Positions 53,487 to 63,171 of a stretch of 64,000 nt of DNA are shown here, piece by piece. The stretch lies in NCBI GenBank assembly GCA_965656935.1, contig CBFHMG010000003.1:126870-190869 (forward strand). Direction: 5' to 3'. Numbering within the stretch: position 1 is the first letter of the stretch; every line of letters begins with the position of its first letter. The translations under genes and the position numbers were made by a program. Origin of the DNA: an uncultured Rhodobacteraceae bacterium. Lineage in GTDB: Bacteria; Pseudomonadota; Alphaproteobacteria; Rhodobacterales; Rhodobacteraceae. Below the pieces are notes generated by a model. That model was not told where the DNA came from and made no database searches. It saw only the letters and a program-made list of their open reading frames with translations.

Positions 53487-53595
53487 GGGCGCTCCGAATG
53501 AAGATTTACCGCTTGGATGATTGGGGGATGCGGCGATGTCAACCTTGATGCAGGCGCAAAGCTACCCCATATAAGGGTCAGCAAAAGAGGAGCAC

Positions 53596-53847
53596 ATGAT
53601 GCAGACCCGCAATAAAATCATGGAAGATATCGGTCAATTGATGACCAACGCCATGGGCGTGGCGCAAGGTGCCAAGGATGAAGCCGAAAACGCGATGAAA
53701 TCCATGATGGATCGCTGGCTGGCCGATCGTGATTTCGTCACCCGCGATGAATTCGACGCGGTGCGTGCAATGGCGCAAAAAGCCCGCGAGGAGAATGAGG
53801 CTTTGAAGGCCCGTCTCGACGCTCTGGAAACCAAGCCTAAAAAATAA
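53596..53847 (+). CDS. ubiK: UbiK/YqiC-family accessory factor (membrane fusogenic protein)
   Basis: 83 aa. A glycine-free helical N-terminus, then DFVTRDEFDAV and a coiled-coil tail. Confidence 0.8.
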   Translation: MMQTRNKIMEDIGQLMTNAMGVAQGAKDEAENAMKSMMDRWLADRDFVTRDEFDAVRAMAQKAREENEALKARLDALETKPKK

Positions 53848-53869
53848 TCTTCGCCTCAGCGCAGAATAA

Positions 53870-53895
53870 GCGGGCGCTTTGGCGCCCGTTTTTTG
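53870..53895 (+). terminator. Rho-independent terminator of ubiK
   Basis: gcgggcgc/gcgcccg stem with loop tttg, followed by TTTTTTG. Confidence 0.8.
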
Positions 53896-54197
53896 TTTCT
53901 GCAGTCCAGACCTGCCGACCCGTCCTTTGATGGAAACCCTGTGCGCTTGGGGATAAGTTTTCACAGCGCCGCAGAATAATGCACAGCACCCAAAATCTTG
54001 TGGACAGATGCCGTGCCAAACACGATTTGCAGTGCCGTCATCAAAATATCGCTTTACAGGTGGCTCAAGTCGCATCACCATATTTGGTATGGGGTCGGGC
54101 TGTTCCGGCGACCCATGGTAGATGCACCCAGCCATTGGTGGGCGTCTTGGAGCGATAACCGAGGCCCCGCACGGCTGCCAACAAAGAGGCCTGGGCA

Positions 54198-54701
54198 ATG
54201 TCGCTATCCGAAGAATATCTAGACGTCGATGATCTCCATCCCATTGATATCGTAGAAAATCTGGCCACGCGCCATGAATGGGATTTTGATCGTGTCGCTG
54301 ATGACCAGATCGCCATGGCGATTGAAGGTCAGTGGCGCACCTATTCCATCACATTGGCTTGGTCTGCCTATGACGAAACGCTGCGCATGATTTGCACCTT
54401 CGAAATGGAGCCACCCGAGGATAGCCTGCCAAAGCTCTATGAAGTGCTGAACCTGACCAATGACAAATGTTGGGCGGGGGCTTTCAGCTATTGGCTCGAA
54501 CAGCGCTTGATGGTCTATCGCTACGGTCTGGTCCTTGCGGGCGATCAATTGGCAAGCCCCGAGCAGATCGGTTGCATGGTCGAGACAGCCGTGATTGCGG
54601 CCGAGCGCTATTATCCCGCCTTCCAATTGGCATGCTGGGGCAACGAGACGCCGCAGCAAGCGATGCAGGTCGCCATTGCAGAGACCTACGGTCGCGCCTA
54701 A
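54198..54701 (+). CDS. YbjN-domain protein (T3SS-chaperone-like fold)
   Basis: 167 aa and acidic. The pattern W.F.R..D.......G.W..Y....W......L...C is typical of the YbjN family found upstream of proC in Alphaproteobacteria. Confidence 0.7.
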   Translation: MSLSEEYLDVDDLHPIDIVENLATRHEWDFDRVADDQIAMAIEGQWRTYSITLAWSAYDETLRMICTFEMEPPEDSLPKLYEVLNLTNDKCWAGAFSYWLEQRLMVYRYGLVLAGDQLASPEQIGCMVETAVIAAERYYPAFQLACWGNETPQQAMQVAIAETYGRA

Positions 54702-54732
54702 CCTGAGCCCGAGTTAAACCTCGGGAGGCAGG

Positions 54733-55545
54733 ATGAATTTCGACGACGTGAAACGCCGCGGTCTGGTGATGCTGGGCTGTGGCAAGATGGGATCGGCCAT
54801 GTTGCAGGGCTGGTTGGGGCGTGGTCTTGCTCCAAGCTCGGTCCATGTGATTGACCCCTATCCATCGGATTGGCTGCTGGCACAGGGCGTGCTGATCAAC
54901 AAGGCCCCGCCTGATGATGCAGCCGTGGTCGTGGTGGCCGTGAAGCCGCAAATGATGATCGAGGCTTTGCCCCAGATCGCCCGTTTTGGCGGCGGTGGAA
55001 GCCTGATTATCTCGGTCGCGGCAGGTACGCCGATTTCCTTTTTCGAAGAGCATCTTGGCCCAGATAGCCGCGTGATCCGTTCCATGCCGAATACGCCTGC
55101 GGCTGTTGGCAAAGGGATCACGGCGATTGTCGGGAATGTTGCGGTCAGCACCTCTGATCTGGAACTGGCCTCCTCCCTGCTGGAGGCGGTCGGTCAGGTT
55201 GTGCAACTGGACAATGAAGACCAGATTGATGCAGTTACAGGCGTGTCTGGCTCGGGCCCTGCCTATATCTTCTATATGATTGACGCGCTTGCGGCCGCAG
55301 CCCGCGCGGAAGGCTTGCCGGCAGATATGGCGATGCAACTGGCCAAGGCCACGGTTGCGGGGGCGGGTGCATTGGCCGAAGACGCGCCTGAGACGCCCGA
55401 GCAATTGCGCATCAATGTCACCTCGCCCAATGGCACGACGCAGGCGGGGCTTGAGGTCTTGATGGATAAGGACAGCGGGCTTGCCCCTCTGATCCGTCGC
55501 ACCGTCGGGGCGGCGGCCAACCGCTCCCGTGAATTGAAGGGCTGA
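54733..55545 (+). CDS. proC: Pyrroline-5-carboxylate reductase
   Basis: LGCGKMGSAM, VKPQ, IRSMPNTPA and SPNGTT.AGL. Confidence 0.92.
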   Translation: MNFDDVKRRGLVMLGCGKMGSAMLQGWLGRGLAPSSVHVIDPYPSDWLLAQGVLINKAPPDDAAVVVVAVKPQMMIEALPQIARFGGGGSLIISVAAGTPISFFEEHLGPDSRVIRSMPNTPAAVGKGITAIVGNVAVSTSDLELASSLLEAVGQVVQLDNEDQIDAVTGVSGSGPAYIFYMIDALAAAARAEGLPADMAMQLAKATVAGAGALAEDAPETPEQLRINVTSPNGTTQAGLEVLMDKDSGLAPLIRRTVGAAANRSRELKG

Positions 55546-55548
55546 GCG

Positions 55549-55881
55549 ATGATTGGCTTTGATGACTTCATGAAGGTCGATATCCGCGTGGGCACCGTGA
55601 CCCATGCCGAAGCCTTCCCCGAGGCGCGCAAGCCTGCGATCAAGCTCTGGGTTGATTACGGGGGTGAGATCGGGGTCAAGAAAAGCTCGGCCCAGATCAC
55701 GGTGCATTATTCCCCCGAGGATTTGATTGGCAGGCAGGTGATGGGTGTGGTGAATTTCCCGCCCCGCCAAATCGGGCCTTTCATGTCCGAGGCCTTGGTG
55801 CTCGGGCTGCATGATGCCGAGGGGGCGGTTGTTTTGATCGCGCCCGATACACCCGTTCCCGATGGCGCAAGGATGGCCTGA
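55549..55881 (+). CDS. tRNA-binding domain protein (CsaA/YgjH-like)
   Basis: F.KVDIRVGTV..AE.FPEARKPA.KL.VD.G...G.K.SSAQIT. Confidence 0.85.
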   Translation: MIGFDDFMKVDIRVGTVTHAEAFPEARKPAIKLWVDYGGEIGVKKSSAQITVHYSPEDLIGRQVMGVVNFPPRQIGPFMSEALVLGLHDAEGAVVLIAPDTPVPDGARMA

Positions 55882-55882
55882 T

Positions 55883-56830
55883 ATGAAATTGCTGATTTCC
55901 CGCCGCTTGCCTGACAGCGTGATGGCCGAGGCGGAAGCGCGGTTCGAAGTAACGACCCGTTCAACGACCAAACCTATGGGCCATGAGGAAGCGGTTGCGG
56001 GTTTGCGTGAGTATGACGTGGTTCTGCCGACCTTGGGCGATGCCTTTCGCGCCGCCGCTTTTGAGGCCGCGCCAGACCCACGCTGCAAGCTGCTGGCGAA
56101 TTTCGGTGTCGGGTATAACCATATCGATGTGGATGCCGCCCGCGAAGCCGGGGTTGCTGTCACTAATACGCCCGGTGCTGTGACAGATGCCACGGCTGAC
56201 ATCGCTATGACGCTGATCTTGATGACCGCGCGCCGCGCTGGCGAGGGCGAGCGGATGGTGCGAGCTGGCAAATGGGAGGGCTGGCACCCGACCCAGATGC
56301 TTGGCCTGCATCTCAGCGGCAAGACGGTCTGTGTGATCGGAATGGGCCGCATCGGTCAGGCCATCGCGCGGCGCTGCCATTTCGGCTTTGGCTGCCGCAT
56401 TGTTTATGCCAACCGCTCGGCCAAGGATATGGAGTTTCCTGCCGAGCAGATGCAGCTTCTGGACGCGATAGGCGCGGCGGATGTGGTTGTACTGGCGACA
56501 CCTGGCGGGGCTGAGACCCACCATTTATTCGGCAAGGATGCTTTGGCCGCGATGCAGCCCCATGCGATCATGGTCAATATCTCGCGCGGGGATGTGGTGG
56601 ATGAACAAGCCCTTGTTGCCGCCTTGGAGGCAGGGCAGATCGCCGGCGCTGGCCTTGATGTTTATGAATTCGAGCCCGCGCTGCCTGAGGCTTTGACCCG
56701 AAGGGAAAATGTCACCCTCCTGCCGCATCTGGGCACAGCCGCCCTAGAGGTGCGTGAGGATATGGGGCGCTTGGCGCTGGCCAATATCATCGCCTTTGCA
56801 GAAGGGCAGGAATTGCCAAATCCGGTGTGA
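55883..56830 (+). CDS. D-isomer-specific 2-hydroxyacid dehydrogenase (glyoxylate/hydroxypyruvate reductase-like)
   Basis: NAD-binding motif GKTVCVIGMGRIGQAIA, catalytic region N.SRG..VD and LPHLGTA. Confidence 0.85.
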   Translation: MKLLISRRLPDSVMAEAEARFEVTTRSTTKPMGHEEAVAGLREYDVVLPTLGDAFRAAAFEAAPDPRCKLLANFGVGYNHIDVDAAREAGVAVTNTPGAVTDATADIAMTLILMTARRAGEGERMVRAGKWEGWHPTQMLGLHLSGKTVCVIGMGRIGQAIARRCHFGFGCRIVYANRSAKDMEFPAEQMQLLDAIGAADVVVLATPGGAETHHLFGKDALAAMQPHAIMVNISRGDVVDEQALVAALEAGQIAGAGLDVYEFEPALPEALTRRENVTLLPHLGTAALEVREDMGRLALANIIAFAEGQELPNPV

Positions 56831-56876
56831 ACTGGGCGCACTCGTTCCTCTTTGATGCTTGGGGCAGGCTTGCGCC

Positions 56877-57458
56877 TTAGCGGTCGCCTGTGGCTTCGCG
56901 CCAGTGGGTGCGGCAGAGCGATACATAGCGGTCATTGCCCCCCACTTCGATCTGCGCCCCTTGCGTGACGGCATTGCCATGCTCATCGGTGCGGATCACC
57001 ATGGTGGCCTTCTTGCCGCAATGGCAAATGGTGCGCACTTCACGCATTTCATCGGCCAGCGCCAGCAATGCCGCAGAGCCCGGAAACAGCTCGCCCTGAA
57101 AATCAACGCGTAGGCCATAGCACATCACAGGCGTGTTCAGATCATCCACGGCGCGGGCCAGTTGCCAGACCTGATCCTTGGTCATCCATTGGGCTTCATC
57201 CACCAAGACACAGGCACAAGGGCCTTGGTCCAAACGGGCTTTGATCTTGGCAAAAAGATCATCGCTTTGGGTATAGGTATCGGCCTCGGCCTTGATGCCA
57301 ATGCGGCTGCCAATGCTGCCCGTCCCTGCACGATCATCGAAATTGGCGGTCAACAGATAGGTCTGCATCCCGCGCTCGATATAGTTATAGGATGCCTGAA
57401 GCAGCAGGGTCGATTTGCCCGCATTCATGGTAGAGTAGTTGAAGTATAGTTTTGCCAT
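56877..57458 (-). CDS. tdk: Thymidine kinase
   Basis: MNAGKSTLLLQ, VLVDEAQW and zinc ribbon C.CG.....R.......C..H. Confidence 0.92.
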   Translation of the reverse strand: MAKLYFNYSTMNAGKSTLLLQASYNYIERGMQTYLLTANFDDRAGTGSIGSRIGIKAEADTYTQSDDLFAKIKARLDQGPCACVLVDEAQWMTKDQVWQLARAVDDLNTPVMCYGLRVDFQGELFPGSAALLALADEMREVRTICHCGKKATMVIRTDEHGNAVTQGAQIEVGGNDRYVSLCRTHWREATGDR

Positions 57459-57567
57459 GTTTTGCATTTGCCTCAAGCCAAGACCGTTTCGCAAGCATCT
57501 ATCCGCGCTTCATTGACCTGCATGGGCAAAAAAGGTTCTGCTACATGTCGGATGCAGGAGAGATCTG

Positions 57568-58026
57568 ATGACCGACAGAGTGACCAATTACCTGAAGAAA
57601 CATTCCGAGGCGCTGATCAAGGATGTGGGTTATGCCACGGCCTGCGAGGTCACGGGGAAGTCCAAGGCGACTTTGGGGCGGTATTATTCTGACGCATCCG
57701 AGCATGGTGCCCGTTTCATGCCAATTGATACGGTCGTGCAACTGGAGGCGGTTTCCAGCTACCCGCATGTCACCAGCGCAATGGCGGAACTGAACGGCAT
57801 ATCGCTGAGCCATGACAAACCCACGCAAGGCCCGCGCAGCGTCGGTGGGGTGAACAGCCATGTGGTAGAGTTGAGCCAGCGCTTTGCCCTATTGATGGCG
57901 GAATATCATCAAGCCATTCAGGATGCAAAAATTTCGAATAATGAGGCCAAGCGGCTGTTGCATGAAACGGTCGAGCTGCAAAAGGTGCTGGTGGAAATCA
58001 AGCTCCACCTCGAGGCGGAAACATGA
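57568..58026 (+). CDS. Hypothetical HTH protein resembling phage CII (CP76-type) regulators
   Basis: 152 aa. An N-terminal HTH-like ATACEVTGKSKATLGRYYS, then ...ARFMPIDTVVQLEAVSSYPHVTSAMAELNG, and a C-terminal helix ISNNEAKRLLHETVELQKVLVEIKLHL. The layout resembles the phage 186 CII family as I recall it, but the assignment is tentative. Confidence 0.4.
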   Translation: MTDRVTNYLKKHSEALIKDVGYATACEVTGKSKATLGRYYSDASEHGARFMPIDTVVQLEAVSSYPHVTSAMAELNGISLSHDKPTQGPRSVGGVNSHVVELSQRFALLMAEYHQAIQDAKISNNEAKRLLHETVELQKVLVEIKLHLEAET

Positions 58027-58085
58027 AGCTTCGCGCTGCAATCTAAGAACCCAAAGCCATCCGTCATTCGCTCCAAAACACCCAA

Positions 58086-58103
58086 GGGCCGCCGCAACGG
58101 CCC
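58086..58103. terminator. Hairpin between the convergent CII-like gene and carB
   Basis: gggccg/cggccc stem. T-rich tracts follow on both strands a few nt away. Confidence 0.45.
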
Positions 58104-58126
58104 AAGGTGGTTTTCTTGATTACGCT

Positions 58127-61100
58127 CTAGCCCTGAAGCGAGCGCACACCCAATTCCCCCTCGCGGGAGGCTTTCATCGCCAAAGCAGCGGCATGGCTGG
58201 CGGCCAGCGTGGTGAAATAAGGGATCTTGTCATAAAGGGCGACAGAGCGCATGGAGCGGCTGTCTTCCACAGCCTGCGCGCCCTCGGTCGTGTTCAGCAC
58301 AAGGCTGACCATGCCATCCTTCATGATATCGACAATCGTGCGTCCGCCTTCATAGGCCTTGTTCACCACATCCGATGCGATCCCGTGACCGGCAAGGAAT
58401 TTCGCGGTACCCGAAGTGGCCAGAATAGTCAGGCCAAGCTCGGTCAGGGTCTGGGCGGTCTCGACCAGTTGATCCGTCTTGTCCGCATCCTTGATCGACA
58501 GGAATACCGTGCCGCTATCAGGCAATTGCGTTCCTGCGCCAAGCTGTGCTTTCAGGAAAGCGCGCGGGAAGGTGCGATCCCATCCCATAACCTCGCCTGT
58601 CGAGCGCATTTCTGGCCCCAAGAGGGTATCGACACCGGGGAAGCGGGCGAAGGGCAAGACGGCCTCTTTCACGCTGAACCAAGGGGTGCGGAAATCAGCC
58701 AGCGATAGCGGGTCCCCCATCGGAATGATGGTGTCATCATCAACCTGTTTATGCGGCTTGGCCAAGGGGAAAGCCGAAAGCTTTTCGCCCGCCATCAAAC
58801 GCGCGGCAATCGAGGCGATGGCGCTATCGGTGGCCTTGGCCACGAAAGGCACGGTGCGCGAGGCACGGGGGTTGACCTCGATCAGATAAATGTCATCGCC
58901 TTTGACCGCGAATTGGATATTCATCAAGCCCACAACATTGAGCGCTTTTGCCAAAGCCTCGGTCTGCTCGATGATGCGGTTCTGGATCTCGGTCGAGAGC
59001 GTGTGGGGTGGCAGCGAACAGGCGCTATCGCCCGAATGCACGCCCGCCTCTTCGATATGCTGCATGATGCCCGCGACATGGACCGCTTCGCCATCGCAAA
59101 GCGCGTCGACATCCACCTCGACCGCGCCATCGAGATAGCTGTCGAGCAGAACGGGGCTGTCGCCAGAGACAACAACAGCCTCGGCGATGTAGCGGTTGAG
59201 TTGTGCTGTATCGCGCACAATTTCCATGGCACGGCCCCCCAGAACATAGGAGGGGCGGATCACCAGCGGGTAGCCAAGCGCCTCGGCGGCGGCTTTGGCT
59301 TCGGCATCGGAATGGGCAATCGCGTTTTCTGGCTGTTTCAGGCCAAGCCGCTGGACCAATTGCTGGAAGCGCTCACGATCTTCAGCCAGATCGATGGCAT
59401 CGGGCGTGGTGCCGAGGATCGGAATGCCTGCATCATGCAGCGCATTGGCCAGTTTCAGCGGAGTTTGCCCGCCGAATTGAACGATCACACCATGCAATGT
59501 GCCTGCCTCTTGCTCGGCGCGCAAAATCTCCATGACATGCTCATAGGTCAGCGGCTCGAAATAGAGGCGGTCCGAGGTGTCATAATCGGTCGAGACAGTC
59601 TCGGGGTTGCAGTTGATCATGATGGTTTCATAGCCCTGATCGGTCAGGGCGAAACAGGCATGACAGCAGCAATAATCAAATTCGATACCTTGTCCGATAC
59701 GGTTCGGACCACCACCCAGAATGACGACCTTCTTGGCATCTGAAGGTCGCGCTTCGCATTCCACCTCGCCCATCACAGGGGCTTCATAGGTTGAATACAT
59801 ATAGGGCGTTTGCGCTTCGAATTCTGCCGCGCAGGTATCGATCCGCTTGAAAACGGCTGTCACACCTTGGGCCACGCGGGCCGCGCGAATGCTGGCCTCG
59901 CTTCGGCCTGTAAGTGCAGCAAGGCGGGCATCTGAGAAGCCCATCATCTTCAGCTTGCGCAGCTCATCTTCATCGGTTGGCAGCCCCGCTTCACGGATGA
60001 CTTCTTCGGTCTCGATGATCTCGCGGATGCGGGCAAGGAACCACGGGTCGAATTTGGTGACGGCTGCAATATCTTCATCAGATAAACCGTGGCGCATGGC
60101 TTGCGCGATCACGCGGATGCGGTCTGGGGTTTGCTGGCTCAGGGCTTTGGTGATGGCGGCCTTTTCAGGCGCACCCGGAATGGTGATCTCGTCAAAACCG
60201 GTCAGCCCTGTTTCCATCGAGGCCAGCGCTTTTTGCATCGATTCGTGGAAGGTCCGACCGATGGCCATAGCCTCACCCACCGATTTCATGGCGGTGGTCA
60301 GTTCCGGCTTGGAGCCTGGGAATTTCTCAAAAGCAAAGCGCGGAATTTTGGTGACGACATAATCGATGGTCGGCTCAAAGCTGGCAGGTGTGACCTTGGT
60401 GATGTCATTGTCCAACTCGTCCAGCGTATAGCCCACGGCCAGTTTCGCGGCGATCTTGGCAATCGGGAAACCCGTCGCTTTCGAGGCCAGCGCCGAGGAG
60501 CGGGAGACCCTAGGGTTCATCTCGATCACGACCATTCGGCCATCGGCAGGGTTAATCGCCCATTGCACATTGGAGCCGCCCGTTTCGACGCCAATCTCGC
60601 GCAAAACAGCGATCGAGCCATTGCGCATGATCTGGTATTCTTTATCCGTCAGCGTCAGCGCAGGGGCCACGGTGATCGAGTCGCCCGTATGCACCCCCAT
60701 CGGGTCCACATTCTCAATCGCACATACGATGATCGCGTTATCCGCCTTGTCGCGGACAACCTCCATCTCGAATTCTTTCCAGCCAAGCAGGCTTTCATCG
60801 ATCAGGATTTGCGACATGGGCGAGGCCTCAAGGCCCGAGCGGCAGAAATGCTCATAATCGTCGCGGTTATAGGCCACGCCACCACCGGTGCCGCCAAGCG
60901 TGAAGGCAGGACGGATGATCGCAGGCAGACCGATATCTTCCAGCGCGTCCAATGCCTCGGCGATACCGGCCTTGATGTCGTATTTGCCATTCTCAAGCTT
61001 GGGCGATGTCACGATGGTCGCTTTGGGGTTTTCTAGCCCAATCCGGTCCATCGCTTCGCGGAAGAGCTTGCGATCCTCGGCCATCTCGATCGCATCGCGC

Positions 61101-61456
61101 TTTGCGCCGATCATCTCAACGCCGAATTTCTCCAGCACACCCATTTCCTCAAGCGCAAGCGAGGTATTGAGACCCGTCTGCCCGCCCATTGTCGGCAAAA
61201 GCGCATCAGGGCGTTCTTTCTCGATGATCTTTGCCACGACCTCAGGAGTGATCGGCTCGATATAGGTGGCATCGGCAAGGCCGGGATCGGTCATGATTGT
61301 CGCGGGGTTCGAGTTCACGAGGATGACGCGATAGCCTTCTTCGCGCAGCGCTTTACAGGCTTGTGCGCCAGAATAATCGAACTCGCAGGCCTGACCGATA
61401 ACGATAGGCCCCGCTCCGATGATCATGATGGATTGGATATCGTTTCTTTTTGGCAT
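58127..61456 (-). CDS. carB: Carbamoyl-phosphate synthase large subunit
   Basis: [37 protein letters not shown]..., duplicated ATP-grasp halves and an MGS-like C-terminus. ATG 61456; the track extension to 61696 is rejected. Confidence 0.97.
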   Translation of the reverse strand: MPKRNDIQSIMIIGAGPIVIGQACEFDYSGAQACKALREEGYRVILVNSNPATIMTDPGLADATYIEPITPEVVAKIIEKERPDALLPTMGGQTGLNTSLALEEMGVLEKFGVEMIGAKRDAIEMAEDRKLFREAMDRIGLENPKATIVTSPKLENGKYDIKAGIAEALDALEDIGLPAIIRPAFTLGGTGGGVAYNRDDYEHFCRSGLEASPMSQILIDESLLGWKEFEMEVVRDKADNAIIVCAIENVDPMGVHTGDSITVAPALTLTDKEYQIMRNGSIAVLREIGVETGGSNVQWAINPADGRMVVIEMNPRVSRSSALASKATGFPIAKIAAKLAVGYTLDELDNDITKVTPASFEPTIDYVVTKIPRFAFEKFPGSKPELTTAMKSVGEAMAIGRTFHESMQKALASMETGLTGFDEITIPGAPEKAAITKALSQQTPDRIRVIAQAMRHGLSDEDIAAVTKFDPWFLARIREIIETEEVIREAGLPTDEDELRKLKMMGFSDARLAALTGRSEASIRAARVAQGVTAVFKRIDTCAAEFEAQTPYMYSTYEAPVMGEVECEARPSDAKKVVILGGGPNRIGQGIEFDYCCCHACFALTDQGYETIMINCNPETVSTDYDTSDRLYFEPLTYEHVMEILRAEQEAGTLHGVIVQFGGQTPLKLANALHDAGIPILGTTPDAIDLAEDRERFQQLVQRLGLKQPENAIAHSDAEAKAAAEALGYPLVIRPSYVLGGRAMEIVRDTAQLNRYIAEAVVVSGDSPVLLDSYLDGAVEVDVDALCDGEAVHVAGIMQHIEEAGVHSGDSACSLPPHTLSTEIQNRIIEQTEALAKALNVVGLMNIQFAVKGDDIYLIEVNPRASRTVPFVAKATDSAIASIAARLMAGEKLSAFPLAKPHKQVDDDTIIPMGDPLSLADFRTPWFSVKEAVLPFARFPGVDTLLGPEMRSTGEVMGWDRTFPRAFLKAQLGAGTQLPDSGTVFLSIKDADKTDQLVETAQTLTELGLTILATSGTAKFLAGHGIASDVVNKAYEGGRTIVDIMKDGMVSLVLNTTEGAQAVEDSRSMRSVALYDKIPYFTTLAASHAAALAMKASREGELGVRSLQG

Positions 61457-61924
61457 TTCGACCCCCGGGTGCGGCAGCAATTGGGGCGCGCAGAGATGTC
61501 CTCGCGCGCAAATTGAATGCGTTATAGACATGGGGCGTGGGGGCGCAAGGGGATGAGCGGGAGATAATTGCCAAAAGACCACCCACAGCGCTGCTTGGCA
61601 GGTGTTGATGAGTATTTTTGGGATAGAGAAGCCGGAAAGGTCCAGCCTCTGCCCGGGACAATCCGAGGGGCAGAGGCCTTCTCCATCCACGGTCATCGGC
61701 GCTCCCGCCTGTACCGCCCTCGGAGTTCAGCGCAATTTGGTGAATATTTTGCTAAAAGCGCGCCGCTCTATTCTTCATCCCCAAAATACTCTCGCCGAAG
61801 GCAAATGGGCGCGGTGAGGGCTGCCTGTGGCAGCTTGAGGCGGGCCCACGCCTTCCCGTATTTTGAGTTTTTAGCAATTTGCAGTAAACTGCCCGGCAGG
61901 AACCGGCACGTTTTGTCTCAAGCA

Positions 61925-63166
61925 ATGAGGTATGGCATGTGGACCCTGATCCTTGATGTGATGTTTCGCAGCTTCATTACCCAAGGCGCTTTGCGGGTTG
62001 TCTATCCCGACGGGCAGGAAAGGCTTTATGGCGAGGGCGACGCGCCCGTCCAGATCCGTTTGCAGGCTGATGATCTTCCGAAAAACCTGGTTTTGCGCAC
62101 GGATTTGGCTCTGGGAGAGGCCTATATGAACGGTGCCTTGGAGATTGTTGACGATGATCTTGATGGTTTCATGGCTTTGGTTGCAGTCAATATCGCGCGC
62201 TCAAGAGGGCTGTGGTGGCGCAATGCGATCTTAAGAGGGCGCAGGTTCAGGCGTGTGTTTGATCAGTGGAACCCAATCTCGCGCGCAAGATCGAATGTGG
62301 CCCATCACTATGATCTTGATGCACGGCTCTATGATCTTTTCCTTGATGAGGACCGGCAATATTCCTGCGCGTATTTTCGGCATCCCGATATGGGACTTGA
62401 AGCAGCGCAGGAGGCGAAAAAGCACCATATCGGCAAAAAACTGCTTCTGCAGCCGGGAATGAAGGTGCTGGAGATCGGCTGCGGTTGGGGTGGGCTGAGC
62501 CTGAGTCTGGCGCGCGATTACGGGGTTGAGGTTCTTGGTGTGACGCTATCGACAGAGCAATACCGGATCGCCACAGCGCGGGCGCGTGATATGGGGCTGT
62601 CCGATAAGGTCCGGTTCGAATTGCGCGATTACAGAAAAGTCACGGGCCAGTTCGACCGTGTCGTCTCGGTCGGCATGTTCGAGCATGTCGGCGCCCCGCA
62701 TTACCGTGAGTATTTCAGACATATCCACGCGCGTTTAAAAGAGGATGGCGTAGCGCTTGTCCATACAATCGGGCGCAGCGGCCCGCCTGGCACGACCAGT
62801 CCTTGGATCACGAAATATATCTTTCCAGGCGGATATGTGCCTGCTTTGTCCGAAAAGTCTGCGGCCGTAGAAAAAGAGGGGCTCTGCGCCACTGATATCG
62901 AGGTCTGGCGGCTGCATTATGCCGAGACCTTGAAGCATTGGTATGACCGCTTCATGACCCGCCAAAGTGACGCTCTCGCCCTTTATGATGACAGGTTCTG
63001 CCGCATGTGGCGCTATTACCTGAAGGCCTCGGAATATGCCTTTCGGCATACGGGGCAGACCGTGTTCCAATACCAATTGGCGCGTGACCAAACGGCCGTG
63101 CCGTTGACGCGGGACTATCTCTATTCTGAACAGGAGGGCGAGGCGCGGCTCAAGGCTGCGGAGTAA
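61925..63166 (+). CDS. cfa: Cyclopropane-fatty-acyl-phospholipid synthase family methyltransferase
   Basis: HYDL....Y.LFLD....YSCAYF, SAM motif VLEIGCGWGGL and VSVGMFEHVG. The start is ATG 61925 or 61937. Confidence 0.85.
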   Translation: MRYGMWTLILDVMFRSFITQGALRVVYPDGQERLYGEGDAPVQIRLQADDLPKNLVLRTDLALGEAYMNGALEIVDDDLDGFMALVAVNIARSRGLWWRNAILRGRRFRRVFDQWNPISRARSNVAHHYDLDARLYDLFLDEDRQYSCAYFRHPDMGLEAAQEAKKHHIGKKLLLQPGMKVLEIGCGWGGLSLSLARDYGVEVLGVTLSTEQYRIATARARDMGLSDKVRFELRDYRKVTGQFDRVVSVGMFEHVGAPHYREYFRHIHARLKEDGVALVHTIGRSGPPGTTSPWITKYIFPGGYVPALSEKSAAVEKEGLCATDIEVWRLHYAETLKHWYDRFMTRQSDALALYDDRFCRMWRYYLKASEYAFRHTGQTVFQYQLARDQTAVPLTRDYLYSEQEGEARLKAAE

Positions 63167-63171
63167 CGCCT

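Noticed and set aside
53896-54197. 300-bp ubiK-ybjN spacer with a loose repeat (cagcgcagaataa / cgccgcagaataat) and a 74-aa ORF at 53998..54222
   Set aside because: The repeat is short and imperfect. The ORF has an implausible composition (W/H/C-rich) and overlaps the ybjN start. No recognisable RNA motif was seen by eye.
54484-56352. 622-aa minus-strand ORF spanning ybjN/proC/csaA/2-hydroxyacid dehydrogenase
   Set aside because: It crosses four well-supported plus-strand genes and is Arg/Pro/Ala-rich, so it is a shadow ORF.
58479-61265. Several 130-330-aa plus-strand ORFs within carB
   Set aside because: They are antisense shadows of carB.
61568-61924. N-terminal extension of the cfa ORF, and the extension of carB to 61696
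   Set aside because: Neither extension resembles its protein family. CarB starts at the canonical MPKRNDI... (61456) and Cfa-family similarity starts near MWTLILD (61925/61937). The region is treated as intergenic.
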